A DNA stretch of 64,000 nucleotides from Chiloscyllium plagiosum. Lineage: Eukaryota. Positions 38,967 to 50,989 of the stretch are shown here, piece after piece; position 1 is the first letter of the stretch, and every line of letters starts with the position of its first letter. A program made the translations under genes and the position numbers. The notes beneath the pieces are model-generated. The model had not been told where the DNA came from, did no database searches, and saw only the letters and a list, made by a program, of their open reading frames with translations. The stretch is from NCBI RefSeq assembly GCF_004010195.1, contig NC_057713.1, positions 136,128,911 through 136,192,910 on the forward strand. Direction: 5' to 3'.

Positions 38967-39157
38967 CTTCCTTGTGCTCACAGCTCCCCTAATGGCACGA
39001 GAAGTGAAGTATTCTGTGCTTCACCTCACCTCGCCGCTTCCCTTCGAGGTGTAAGTCCTCGAAGCCTTAAATCCTATGACTAATCTCCTGTATGTCACTC
39101 CACATTTCCTTAATTCGTTTGGACAATTTAGTGTCAGACAAAGTCTTGATAGAGATC
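38967..39157 (-). other. CHD7: CHD7 exon 2, 5'UTR portion (191 nt) with splice acceptor
   Basis: Minus strand reads TTTTATTTTCATTTTCTCCCTAG|GATCTC: a polypyrimidine tract plus AG, so the exon starts at 39157. Whole exon is 1838 nt. Confidence 0.85.
39067..39105 (-). promoter_or_regulatory. Upstream ORF in CHD7 5'UTR (MWSDIQEISHRI*)
   Basis: The only ATG I find in the exon-2 UTR: GAA ATG TGG AGT GAC ATA CAG GAG ATT AGT CAT AGG ATT TAA. It stops 100 nt before the main ATG. Confidence 0.6.
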
Positions 39158-42100
39158 CTAGGGAGAAAATGAAAATAAAATGAAATTGGGAACAAATGGA
39201 ATGAGTAACATACACAAAGAGAATCAATAAAGTCACATTAAGATATTCCTTCCTTCTATTGTAAACTCCTGGGAAAACTGAAACAAGAGATGCTAAGCTT
39301 TCTAGGGAATTTAAAATGTCAAGCCTGCAAAATTAAAGTAAAACCTCCTGATTATTTTTCACTAGAACATCGTGCACAATACACTAGTTATAATTCATGC
39401 AAGCACTAACCTGAACCATTAATTCATTCTTCATTTGACTCATCAGTTCTACATTCTTAGTTGCAAAAGAACAAAATGACAAACTGTAGTCACAGCAGCT
39501 GCCAGCACACCAGGCAGACAGCTGGACGAATACAGCACAGCACACCATCTGCTCTAGTGAGGCTGAGTGTGTATACCAACCTCTTCCATCGCGTTCCTAA
39601 CATCCTCATCCCCAAGAGCAGCATATAAGCAGGCAGAATTGTATACATTATGAAATTCAACTAGTGCACAGTATTATCTATAGAAAATAGTTCACAGACA
39701 TTCAAAGAACTAGAATGCCTTAAATAGGATCAGTGGCTGATAAATGCATAACCCACAACAGAAAATTAACTTGTATGTTAATCATATAAAAGCACAGATT
39801 CAAGTATATCCTGAAATCAAATTTGAGTATTATCCAAACTGAATTGCTAACACTGCAGTTAGACTCCATTGATAATTCAAATAAGCCTTTGAGAAACGTA
39901 TATTTGATATAACTTTAAAGTTATTGCTCAAGTGTACGGATACAGCCCACCTGGCCACATGCCTGAAACGGACAAGTAGCCAACACAATGGATTTAGAGT
40001 CCAGGCCACATTTTCAAAGTGATCTGCCAAAGGAAGCACAGCTACAGGGTTCATCACTCACCCCAAGGCAAACAGATTACTAGTGATGTAACAACCTCCA
40101 TTTGTGACTAACTGCATATTGCAGCTGGAGTGTCTAGCTGAATACTCTTTCACTATTCAGACAAGGCTAAACAACAGATGACCATTTATTAGTGCATCCA
40201 AACCTCCATAAAGTTAAACTATCATAACCATCGTTACAGAAATTACAAGGCGAGAAGATCAAAAAACATTGCAGTCTAATTATGCCTTTTTTCCCAGAGC
40301 CACATTTGAAATTTCATCAGGACCAAGTTGGTACTTGTAGTTTGATCTCAATCAACCAGAAATGGACATCATCGCTTGAGCAATACTGCTAAATGTTTTC
40401 TCTGCACCCAACCCACTCAGTTATGTTTTCTTTTTGAAAAAGGATAGAAAAACCAGGATATTCATCAGCCATAAGTACTTTACCACTAGTTTGAACAAAG
40501 AACATCACCATCTCTCAATTTGACAGTGTACATTGCTCAACACTATTCCTGAGCATCCTGGTCAGCGATGACATTCACAAGTACAATTACACAGCATGAA
40601 GCAAAGCAGCTTCAGAACCATCTGCTCCTACTGACCGATTTTTTTTATTGAAGTGCAATGATCCTTAATCACTTGCACTGGGGGAAGGAGGTTTTCACAT
40701 AAAAAGCAAATTTAGAAGCTACCCACAATTCTGCAAGTCCTTCTGCCCAGAAGGAATGGACAAGAAATAAAGCAAACAGATTAATCTATCTTTTTAATAT
40801 TAAAGCAATAACCTAATCATAATGTATCATTTTGTATAATAGAATACAAAGAGAGTGGGTAAAGGGTGAAAGAGAAGGTGATTTCACTACCAATATCCTA
40901 GTGACAGCAGTACATCAAGTGATCTCCCAGCAATTACATCTGCACAAAAAGCAAATACTAAATAAATAGAACACGAAGGGGTCGGACTCAATGGCTACAA
41001 AAAAAAATTTAGCCACAAATTAATTAGTATTATCGTACTTTTTCCTTTATAGTTCCATGCAGTCATTAATTAACAAATCTGGTCATTGCTTCTATTATTC
41101 TGTACTAAAATGATTTCCAGAAGCTTCAGCCAGCCCATGTGATAGGTTATTTATTAAACTGTTGACTGTCCCCATAATGTTCCCAGATCAAACAAGCTCC
41201 CCTTACACTTACTACAACATTCCTTTTCTTTTCCTCACCAACCAATGACTGCTGACAAAAATAATTTATCTGTTCCTCTTTCATAGCAGAGCAGTGTGTG
41301 TGATTGGATGCAACTTATCCATCATGAACAAGCTGCAGCACAAAGACAGGCTGAGTGTCACAGGATATAAATGGACAAAGGTCACAACAGTAAGCTAGAA
41401 TGTTTTGCATGGGACTCTGGCTGTTATATACACATGGCAACCTCTTCTGATAAAACTCTACTACATTAATTAAGAACATTATATAGAATCTACCTACAAA
41501 ATAAATTGAATAGAAGGACATTGTTTAGGCTAGCAATTATATTTTTACACAAAAGATACTGGCCTAAAATTTGAAGATTTGACACAAACCTAACACTCAC
41601 TGTAAAAGAATAAAGTTTTTTAAAAAATTGAAATCTTTGTTTATTCACAATACACAACACTAAAGTGTGACAACTAAAATAATAGTCATGGAGGAGAAAG
41701 CATCACTACAAACTAGCATTAATTAATGCTTTCCATTTTAGTCTGCAAGTATTTTACTAATTTTAAGTTCATGTCCAAAAAACATTTCAATTGACATAAC
41801 ATAAGAATACTAAACCAGGTACAAAAGCACAATTGTGCTATGTTCACAACTGACAGACATAACTAAAACAACCAGCATTTATACAAGACCATTTCTGACT
41901 GTATTACAAGCTTCCAACTGGATGTAGTGTTGGAATTCAATTTCCAATCAAAGTGTTGCAAATATTGCATTCTGTTTAAGAGGAAGAATAGCCCAAACTC
42001 TGCCCTCAAGATTTCTACACAGAGTAGCACAGATTCAGGTCAAACACAGGGCAACATTAAATTATAATTCTGATGCACTCAACATCCATTCTGTAGAAAG

Positions 42101-43659
42101 TTGGCAGGAGATGCACATCAGACACATCACCCTGATAAACTTTTAAGAATGCAAACATTTGACAGGCCAATTTGGGAATCAACAAGTGAGAGCTTTTAAA
42201 CCCAAAAGGTGAATTATACTAAGTTGCAATTTCACCTAAACTCCAAAATAGGTTGAAGCAAAATCTAGAACACATATTTCTACTTGGCTGAGCTGTCCTG
42301 TTGCCAAATTCTCTACAAAAACTGTGAAAGTGTTGATGTGTGCGTCAACATGAAAAACCAAAACAAATTAATATGTAAATAGATACATGAGCAAAACATA
42401 GAATTCTAGCTTCAAGTTATTTTCTGTCACTGCATGTTAAGTCCTTGCCCTTTACTTTCATACTAATAGAACATCATTTTGTCAATTAGATATGGTATGC
42501 AGCCAGTCAGAGAAAAGTAACATCAGATGTCTTTGTGAACTCATACTCATGTCACTACATTGCACTCCTTGCCTTGCCCAATTCAGGAAACGCAAGTTGA
42601 ACAAGGTCCAGTTTATTGATTACCCAGAATCTGTCTTGCGATCGACTAACTTTCTAAAAATATGCTTCAATATCTTTGCCACAAAGGCTACACCATATTA
42701 ATCCTCACTATAGCAAGTAACTTACTAGAGAGGAATAAAACAAAATACATTCCTCGTTGATTCCCCAGTAGAGTCTGAACATCCCAGGTGATGGTTAATA
42801 AAATTACTCTCAATCCTCTCCGTTAAATTCCACATCAAAGGGAAACACGTTTCACCACATGTCAATGCATTTTTAAACATGGGTGCCAGATGTGCCATTT
42901 TCCATTCATGAGGAATCCCCAGGTCTCTAAATTACTGAAAACTTTTACTAGGAAATCCACTTCCCTTTGTAAACAGAGACTTATATCTGGTTCTAGGTTT
43001 TTAATCCTGAATCTTTGAAAATATCTGATACAATTTCACTCAAGATGTGCAATCCATTAATTTTACTTCCATCTCCTGTACAAGACCAAAATTTAACATT
43101 TTAAAACTTACATCAAATGAGTATTCAATTGATCTCTCAAACCCTCATCATCAATGATTGTGTACCAGTCACCCAGCAAATGGCTTTATTGGTCTCAAAT
43201 TGACAATAACTAAAAGTAGTACAATTATTTTCACACTACCTTGGCCATGTTCATTACCTGTTCTAGATTCATTGTGTCTTTTCTAATATTTGTAAACATG
43301 AATTACTGTCTTTTTATCTGCCCAGAATTCTCAAAATACTACTTTTGAGCCAAAACTAGTTAAAGTAATTTTTGGTTTACTTCAAAGACATCCAGATAAT
43401 ATTTACAAAATATGTCACTGTTCAGATACTAATAGAACCATGTGAATAATTCATTAGTTACAAGCCTACCACTTTTTCAAATTAAAAAGGTAAAGATTGC
43501 ACTAAAGTTAAAAAAAAAAATCAATAAATCACACTGCTCTTGTAAATATGCACTCAAAAAGTATACTCTTGCAACTTGAAATTTCCAAATATAATTAAAA
43601 TCCTGAGAAGCACTTTAGTTAAATGAGATGGCAAATCTGCATTCAAATCTAATAGATAT

Positions 43660-44440
43660 TACATACATTGATCAAATGAACTAACAAAAACTATCGTGGC
43701 TTAGCTTAGTATAGGGATGTTCATAGGGAAGGTCATCCACACTACATCCCAAAAAAGTGAACTTTATAAATGGTAGGAAGCTAGAAACTGGACGAAAAGA
43801 ATCACTAGAAATTGATGGGCTGATATACAAAATAATTTAAAAAGGCTAATGCTATTTGCTAACCTTCATCCCAAAAGGGACTGTAAGTTACTATAGAGAG
43901 TTAGGTAAAGCTCCAATTTGACAGCATGCTGGGTAATGTACCTCAAAGGAGGATAGAATGAACTTGGAATTGATACAGTGCAACTTCACCAGAATGATAA
44001 CGGTGCTAAAATGGGTTAAAGACAGGAACCCTGGGTATAGAAGATTAAAATGTGAGCTAATTAAGGTGTACAAAAGGATTAGGACATTTGATAAAGATAG
44101 CAAGAAAATATTTATCTATAAAATATTGAAAATATTTCACTGTAATATATTAGTGGGAGAGTTCAACAAAAGGGGCATCACCTCAAAATGAAATCTCTGC
44201 TGCTCAGAAGTGAGGTCAGGAAAAACATTTGCATAAAGGATGGTGAACATTTAAATTCATCCTTCCCCTCCAAAGATACTGAGAAAGCCAAGTCCAACTT
44301 TCTTTTAAATTGATAATACTACCATAATAAAATCTTGATATGGCTGCAAGGCAACTAAATGGGTGTTAAAAGATAAACCATAATCTAATTGAATGACAGA
44401 ACAGGTTCCTAAGGCTGAATGGTCAACTGGTACTCTTTTG
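43660..44440 (+). mobile_element. Old CR1 LINE 3' fragment
   Basis: LELIQCNFTRMI, RRLKCELIKVYK, RGITSK and CR1 3'UTR remnants. Confidence 0.7.
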
Positions 44441-44652
44441 ATGTCGTAAAAGTATATTAAAAAGGTGACAAACTGGCAAGTTATACAATCTTAGCAGGTC
44501 TCATCACACAGGTTTGCTTAAGTATTCATTATAATTTGTTCACCAACAGGACCAGACTACGTTAGCTGATATATGCAGACTTATGCAATTAACTCGCTGA
44601 AACTCATTACCAACTTTGTTGAGAATGCCAGCCAAAAATCCTAAAGCCAGTG

Positions 44653-44778
44653 TCCTGAAGAAGGGCTAATGCCTGAAACGTCGATTCTCCTGTTCCCTAG
44701 ATGCTGCCTGACCTGCTGTGCTTTTCCAGCAACACATTTCCATCTCTGATCTCCAACATCTGCAGACCTCACTTTCTC
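44653..44778 (+). mobile_element. Family A mini-element, monomeric, starting at an intact hammerhead core
   Basis: TC-CTGAAGA-A-GGGC(TAAT)GCCT-GAAAC-GTC-GA followed by the family A tail ending cactttctc. Confidence 0.85.
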
Positions 44779-46112
44779 AACAAGGTGAGTACTAATGTAG
44801 TCAAGTTTTAAACTTAACATTCAAATTATTAATGGGGACCTTATCACATCAGGAAATTTTAAAGAGGTAGACTCCAAACTGCTTTTTCAAAAATAAAGAC
44901 CTGCAACAATTATAACCAATAATGGGAGTTTGATGACCACATAACTGGAGGCTCACAGTTTGGCAGTCTCTCAGCTGTAACACAGGTTTCATGGCTAGAG
45001 ATGCAGATGACTACAAGAATCTACAATTTACAACAATAAATTGGTCAGTTTTGGCAACACCAACTGATCTTACTAGTAGAAAGACGGAGTTGAAACAAAA
45101 AATGCCCCGGCCTTCAAGTACAGCACAATGTTCAGGAGAACGGAAACACAAATAATCCAGGCCGCTTTTATACTCAGGATTTCAAAATCTATATTTTAAA
45201 AATTAACCTGCTTCCACTAAAAGCATGGTCTTTATTCAAAGTGCAAACGTAGAAACCTAGACACTTTTTTTTCCTCCAATTGCTGCTCCTGCTTCCTTGC
45301 CCACCACAACAAACGCCAATTATCAACCATTCACTTCGGATTGTATTGCTTCTTGAATAATGCATAATGTGTATGACTATGTGTATGACTTGCAGTTTAA
45401 CTTTGTTCAGGTTCTCTCAGGACTTAAGTAGATTCAGGAACAGCTTTGTGTAACAAAACAGTGTTCCTCCATAGACTTTTAGATCGTGCAACTACAATAA
45501 CTTGCATTTAATGCAGCATCCTTAACGGAGAAAAATGTCCCAAGGCACTTCATACTGATTATATGAAGAAGGTATGTAGAAGGATGACCAAACAGCTTGG
45601 TCAAAGATGTGGATTTTAAAGGCTGATTAGGAATTGGAGATAATGAGAGCTGTCATGAAGGAATTCCACAGCATAACATCTTAAATGGACAAAAGGTAGA
45701 TATCACTGATTGGGTAGGTGCCCAAGAGTTCACAATCAACTTAACTGAAAACATGAAGGTTGCTTCTTTAGGGGTGGAAAAGGTTAGTGATTGGTACTAG
45801 AAAAGAGGTAGGGAATGCCAAAATTGCAAAGAAATTCAGCTTTAAATGGGAATTTTTACATTTGGGATCAAGCTGAACACTTTGGGTCATAAATCGCATG
45901 AAGCATTAAGAAGTTGAAGGTTTCAAAACAAAAATTAAAATAAAATTCTCCCTATGAGATACGTCTTACACAGACTCAAGTTCCTTTTCTTTTCCTCTTG
46001 CTGAGGGGAATGGTCAAGGCACCATAGTCCTACTGGACCATGGGGCTGCTCTTCCATTAGAGAGAGATAACTGGTGGTGGTTTAACCTGAGGGCCACCAT
46101 ACCTCAGGTGAG

Positions 46113-46242
46113 ATGCCGGTGTTGGATTGGGGTGTACAAAGTTAAAAATCACAACCCTAGGTTATAGTCCAACAGGTTTAATTGGAAGAACACTAGCTTT
46201 CGGAGCGACACTCCTTCATCAGGTGATAGTGGAGGGCTCGAT
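46113..46242 (-). mobile_element. Family B hammerhead mini-element (130 bp)
   Basis: Perfect 11-bp TSD CCTCAGGTGAG (46102-46112, 46243-46253); homologous to 55612-55758. Confidence 0.85.
46191..46225 (-). ncRNA. Minimal type-I hammerhead ribozyme motif (family B), on the CHD7 sense strand
   Basis: CAC-CUGAUGA-A-GGAG(UGUCG)CUCC-GAAAG-CUA-GUG: stem I CAC/GUG, all core boxes intact, palindromic AGCU at stem III. Confidence 0.82.
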
Positions 46243-46539
46243 CCTCAGGTGAGGAGAGACATTGAGAGGGGAGAGCACTTCATGGTAACCTCAGGTGGCA
46301 TGGGAATTGAACCCACGCCATGGCATCACTCTACTGAAAACCTGCCATCCGGCCAACTGAGCTGGGTTGCAGTTGAGGCAAGATACATTTAAAACATCAC
46401 CTCGAACATATCACAAAATTGTTACAGCACAGGAGATAGCCAATAGGTCCATCTTGATCTGCACCAGCTCACAAAACAAGTAAATAATTAGTTGCCACAT
46501 TTCCATCTTCTCCTCCAAACCCTGTGCATTCCTTTTTCA

Positions 46540-48525
46540 GATAGAACACAGAACATTACAGTGCAGTGCAGTACAGGCACTTCGGCCCTCGATGTTGCAT
46601 CGACCTGTGGAATCAATCTGAAGCCCATCTCCCCTGCATTATTCCGTTTTCATCCATATGTTTATCCAATGAAAATTTAGATGCCCTTAAAGGTGGCGAG
46701 TTTACTACTGTCGCAGGCAGTGCATTTCCATGCCCCTACTACTGAGTAAAGAAACTACTTCTGACATCTGTCCTAATATCTATACATCTATCACCCCTCA
46801 ATTTAAAGCTATGCCCCCTCGTGCTAGCCATCACCATATGAGGCAAAAGGCTCCCACTGTCCACTTTATCTAACCCTCTGATTATCTTATATATCTCAAT
46901 TAAGTCACCTCTCAACCTTCTATGAAAACAGCCTTAAGTCCTTCAGCCTTTCCTCACAAGACCTTCCCTCCACACCAGGCAACACCTTAGTAAATCTCCT
47001 CTGAACCCTTTCCAAAGCTTCCACATTCTTTGCATAATGCTATGACCAGAACTGTACACAATACTCCAAGTGCGGCCGCACCAGAGTTTTGTACAGCTGC
47101 AGCATGACCTCATGGCTCCAAAACTTAATCCCTCTACCAATAAAAAGCGAACACACCGTATGCCTTCGTAACAACCCTATCAACCTGGGTGGCAACTTTC
47201 AGCAATCTATGTACATGGACACAGATCCATCAGCTCATCCACACTACCAAGAATCATACCATTAGCCCAGCACACTATTCCTGTTGCTCCTTCCAAAGTG
47301 AATCACCTCATACTTTTCCACATTAATCTCCATTTGCCACCTCTTAGCCCAGTTCTGCAGCTTATCTATGTCCTCTGCAACCCACAATATCCTTCGGCAC
47401 TATCCACAACTTTACCAACCTTAGTGTCATCTGCAAATTTACTAACTCATCCTTCTATGCCCTCATCTAGGTCACTTATAAAAATGACAAATAGCAGTGG
47501 CCCCAAAACAGATCCTTGCAGTACACCACTAGTAACGAAGCTCCAAGATGAATATTTCCCATCAACCACTGCCCTTTGTCTTCTTTCAGCTAGCCAATTT
47601 CTAATCCAAATCACCCTCAATCCCATGCCTCATATTTTGTTCAATAGCCTACCATGGGGAACTTTATCAAATGGCTTATTGAAAGCCATACACACCACAA
47701 TCACTTAACCCTCATCCATCTGTTTGGTCACCATCTCAAAGAACTCAATAAGGTTTGTGAGGCACGACCTACCCCGCACAAAACCTTGTGGACTATCCCT
47801 AATCAACTTACTCCTCTCCAGATGATAATACATCCTCTCTCTCTTACTTTACCCACAATTGAAGTAAGGCTCACTGGTCTATAATTACCAGGGTTGTCTC
47901 TACAGTAAGGCTCACTGGTCTATAATTACCAGGGTTGTCTCTACTCCCTTCTTGAACAAGGGAAACACCATTTTCTATCTTCCAGTCTTCTGGCACTATT
48001 CCGGTATACAATGACGACAAAGATCAAAGCCAAAGGCTCTGCAATCTCATCTCTGGCTTCTCAAAGAATCCTAGAATAAATCCCATCTGGCCCAGGGGAC
48101 TTACCTACTTTTACATTTCAGAATTGCTAACTCTTCCTTGTGAACCTTAATCCTGTCTAATCTAGTAGCCTCTATTTCATTGTCTTTTTCTAGTATGAAA
48201 CTGACAAAAAATATTAATTTACCGCTTCCCCTACCTCCTTTGACTCCATGCACAACTTCCCACTACAATCCTTGATTGACGAGAGAAAGATTAGGGTCAT
48301 TCTTTTATTCCTGACATGAATAGAAAGCTTTAGGGTTTTCCTTGATCCTACCTGCCAACTTATTTCCCCTCCTGGTTCTTCTTAGCTCTCTCTTTAGGTC
48401 TTTCCCGGCTAACTTGTAACTCTGAAGCACACTAACAGTCTTCACATCTCATCCTAACGTAAGCTTCTTCCTCCACTTGACAAAAAATTCAATTTCTTTA
48501 GTGACCCATGGCTCCCTCACTCGAC
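46540..48525 (-). mobile_element. CR1 LINE ORF2 3' half
   Basis: Reverse-complement RT ([17 protein letters not shown]) and 3'UTR; same subfamily as 8610-10330. Confidence 0.92.
47863..47944. repeat. Perfect 41-bp tandem duplication inside CR1
   Basis: AGTAAGGCTCACTGGTCTATAATTACCAGGGTTGTCTCTAC x2. Confidence 0.9.
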
Positions 48526-49282
48526 TGTTATCCCATTCCGCCCTCATTCAAAGTAAAACACTCAGAGAGACAGTATGGTTTTACATCCTTCTTCTTTATC
48601 CCGGGCCCCGGAGGGAGAGAGAACAATCGCCCATGTGCACAGACACGAGTTCACGGTCTTCTCAGGAAGAGTTTCTCAATGACCTATACAAGCATTTTAC
48701 AAGGAGGAGCACCCAGATAAGGCAGCATATTGATTGGGTGATCGTTACAATCAGTGCGCAACAGTAAAGATTAAGCCATCTGCTGTTACACAATGAATGT
48801 TCTTCATCTTGTTAACTGAACTCATACAATGGATAGTTTTCACCTTGTTAATTGGATGTTACATACTGAATGCTATCTCATCTTGTTAAAGGCTCTAAAT
48901 AATGAATGCTTTTGCACCGTGTTAACCCATTACCCTTGCCTGCAGCACCCCATTAGTTAACTAAGTTCTTATCTGATCTTGAGTAGAGTGTGTTGCTGGA
49001 AAAGCACAGCAGGTCAGACAGCATCTGAGGAGGAAAATGAACATTTTGAGCCAGAGCCCTTCCTGATTAAGGGCTCCAGCCCGAAGCATTGATTTTCCTG
49101 CTCCTCGGATGCTGCCTGACCTGCTGTGCTTTTCCAGCAAAGCACACTCAACTCTGATCTCCAGCATCTGCAGACCTCACTGTCTCCTTATCTGATCCGA
49201 GTCATGCTCAGCTGAACATCTTGTTTCACAAAATTCAAACTTAACACTTTCCCTGCCTGCTTATATCTTATGCACTTTCTCA
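48526..49282 (-). mobile_element. Solo LTR, copy 3, interrupted by a family A element
   Basis: Homologous to copies 1 and 2, TG...CA termini; no TSD evident. Confidence 0.75.
48979..49186. mobile_element. Family A palindromic mini-element with decayed hammerheads
   Basis: Inverted arms around cCTGATTAAGGGCTCCAGCCCGAAGCATTGA. Perfect 11-bp TSD CTTATCTGATC (48968-48978, 49187-49197). Confidence 0.85.
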
Positions 49283-49620
49283 TTCCCTCCTTTTATCATT
49301 GTATGATAACCACAGAGATGGCACTACCAGCTTTCATAAGTCAGTATTTAAGCAAGTTATTGACACAGCATACAATGATTATAACAAAATTTATTAGTCT
49401 GTTACAGTAATTAGAGTTTGAAGAATTCTCCCACGTGGAAAAAGATTCACCAGTAAAGTTCTTAATCCACAGTCCATAGTAACCCCTCTACGTTGAGTGG
49501 AAATGAGCCTGTTCTCCAAACTCTCCTTCAGTAAGTCCAACCTAAAAACAAAATCCAGTCTGACCTTGCATCACTCCTCAGAGAAATCTGACTTCTTGGA
49601 TAAGGGCAGTTAAAATCTTC

Positions 49621-49941
49621 ACAAAACTGACAAGACTTAAGTCCTTGCAGAGATGCTTCAGATGGAGGATACCAGTGCATCGGAGTGTTCAGTGCAGTAG
49701 CAGCAGCAGCAGGCTAGGTGAACGCAGCATTATTTTCTGCATCTGCTCCCGCTCGGCTGTTAAATGTAACAAAGCCAACTGGCTGTTGTGATGTTAGCTT
49801 GATCAGTGAACCTTCATATCCCTTAAATGATCGAAAGAGAAGGTAAAGCTCACATGGTTTAATGTGCATAGGAAGGCCACTGACAAAAAGTGTACCGACC
49901 TCCTCTTTGCTGTTGTCAACGTCTTCACTTTTCATGCTCCT
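49621..49941 (-). pseudogene. RBPMS2: Processed pseudogene (retrocopy) of RBPMS2/Hermes with internal deletion and premature stop
   Basis: Intronless [60 protein letters not shown] (RBPMS-family RRM) joined in frame to AFT*PAAAATALNTPMHWYPPSEASLQGLKSCQFC, which resembles the RBPMS2 C-terminus (..AFTYP..WYP..QQGWKSRQFC). RBPMS2 is favoured over RBPMS by VTF-SRAGA and the MKS start. Confidence 0.88.
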
Positions 49942-50989
49942 GACTGGGGAGCTGATTGAATCCATTGGATCAGGTTGTGGAGGGGTGGGTAGTTGTCCGA
50001 AGGCGTGCTTTACCTATGAATGGAGAAACTCTAGAGACTATGTCAGCTGCTAAACTCATGATTTGGAGCATCTATCAAGTCTCCTTTCAGCCTACTTTCT
50101 CCAAAAATGTTCCAACTACTCTAATCCATTTTTATACCTTAAATTCCTCAAATGGTGAGAAAACTTTTCAAATGTCTTCATACCTCAAAGTGCAACACCC
50201 AAAGCTGGACATAATACTCAGTTGAAGCGAAACCAGTGTTGTTTACAACTTCAACATAATCTCCTAACTCTTGCATTCTATACTCCCATTAATAAAGGTT
50301 AGGATATTGTATATTTTATTAACCACTCTCTCAATTTGCTCTGCCAGCGTAACAGACTTATGCACATCTACACCAAGGTCTCGTTGCACTAGAGATTTGG
50401 GTGCTTTATATAGTCTCTCCATGATTTTTGCAGCAAAACGAACTCGGACGTTTCATCACCCACAAACTCAAACATTACCCATAAATCAAGGTTTCTAACA
50501 CTGATTCCTGGGTTATTTCACTACACATCATCCTCCAGCCCAAAAAACATTCAACTACCATTGCTCGGTTTCAGCTCACTCAGCTACTTCCATGTTGCTA
50601 CTATCCCTTTCTATTCCATAAGCTACCACTTTCTCCACAAATCGGTTGTATGGCACTTTTGGAAGCCTATGCACACAACATCAACAAGCATTACCCTGCA
50701 TAAACTTCTATCCATTCAAAAGCCTCCAGCACAGTAATTAATCATGATTTCCCCTAAGACATGCCATGCTGGCTTCATTTCATTGACCCACATTTGCTCA
50801 AGTGACTTATATTTTCTCCAAATGATTGCTATAGATGTCTACTTCATTTAACTTAACTTCAGGTACTGCTTTGATTCTATTTACAAAAACAGAAGAGTTC
50901 AGAATTTAAAGAACAGTGCTGCCTGCACACAAGAGCAGATAGCAGGAGGACAACATCACTGCTAGAATACAGAATCAAGCTGGAGAAAT

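Larger units (their letters stand above)
46012..46363 (-). mobile_element. tRNA-derived SINE, interrupted at 46113-46242
   Basis: Homologous to 945-1157; agctcagttggccgga..GGGTTCAATTCCC head on the minus strand. Confidence 0.7.

Noticed and set aside
37358-39054. Plus-strand ORFs overlapping exon 2 (128, 64, 77 and 71 aa)
   Set aside because: Antisense shadows of the CHD7 coding exon with no recognisable protein features.
49309-49326. Second CTCF-like motif (CCACAGAGATGGCACTA)
   Set aside because: Spacing is off by one nucleotide relative to the core consensus.
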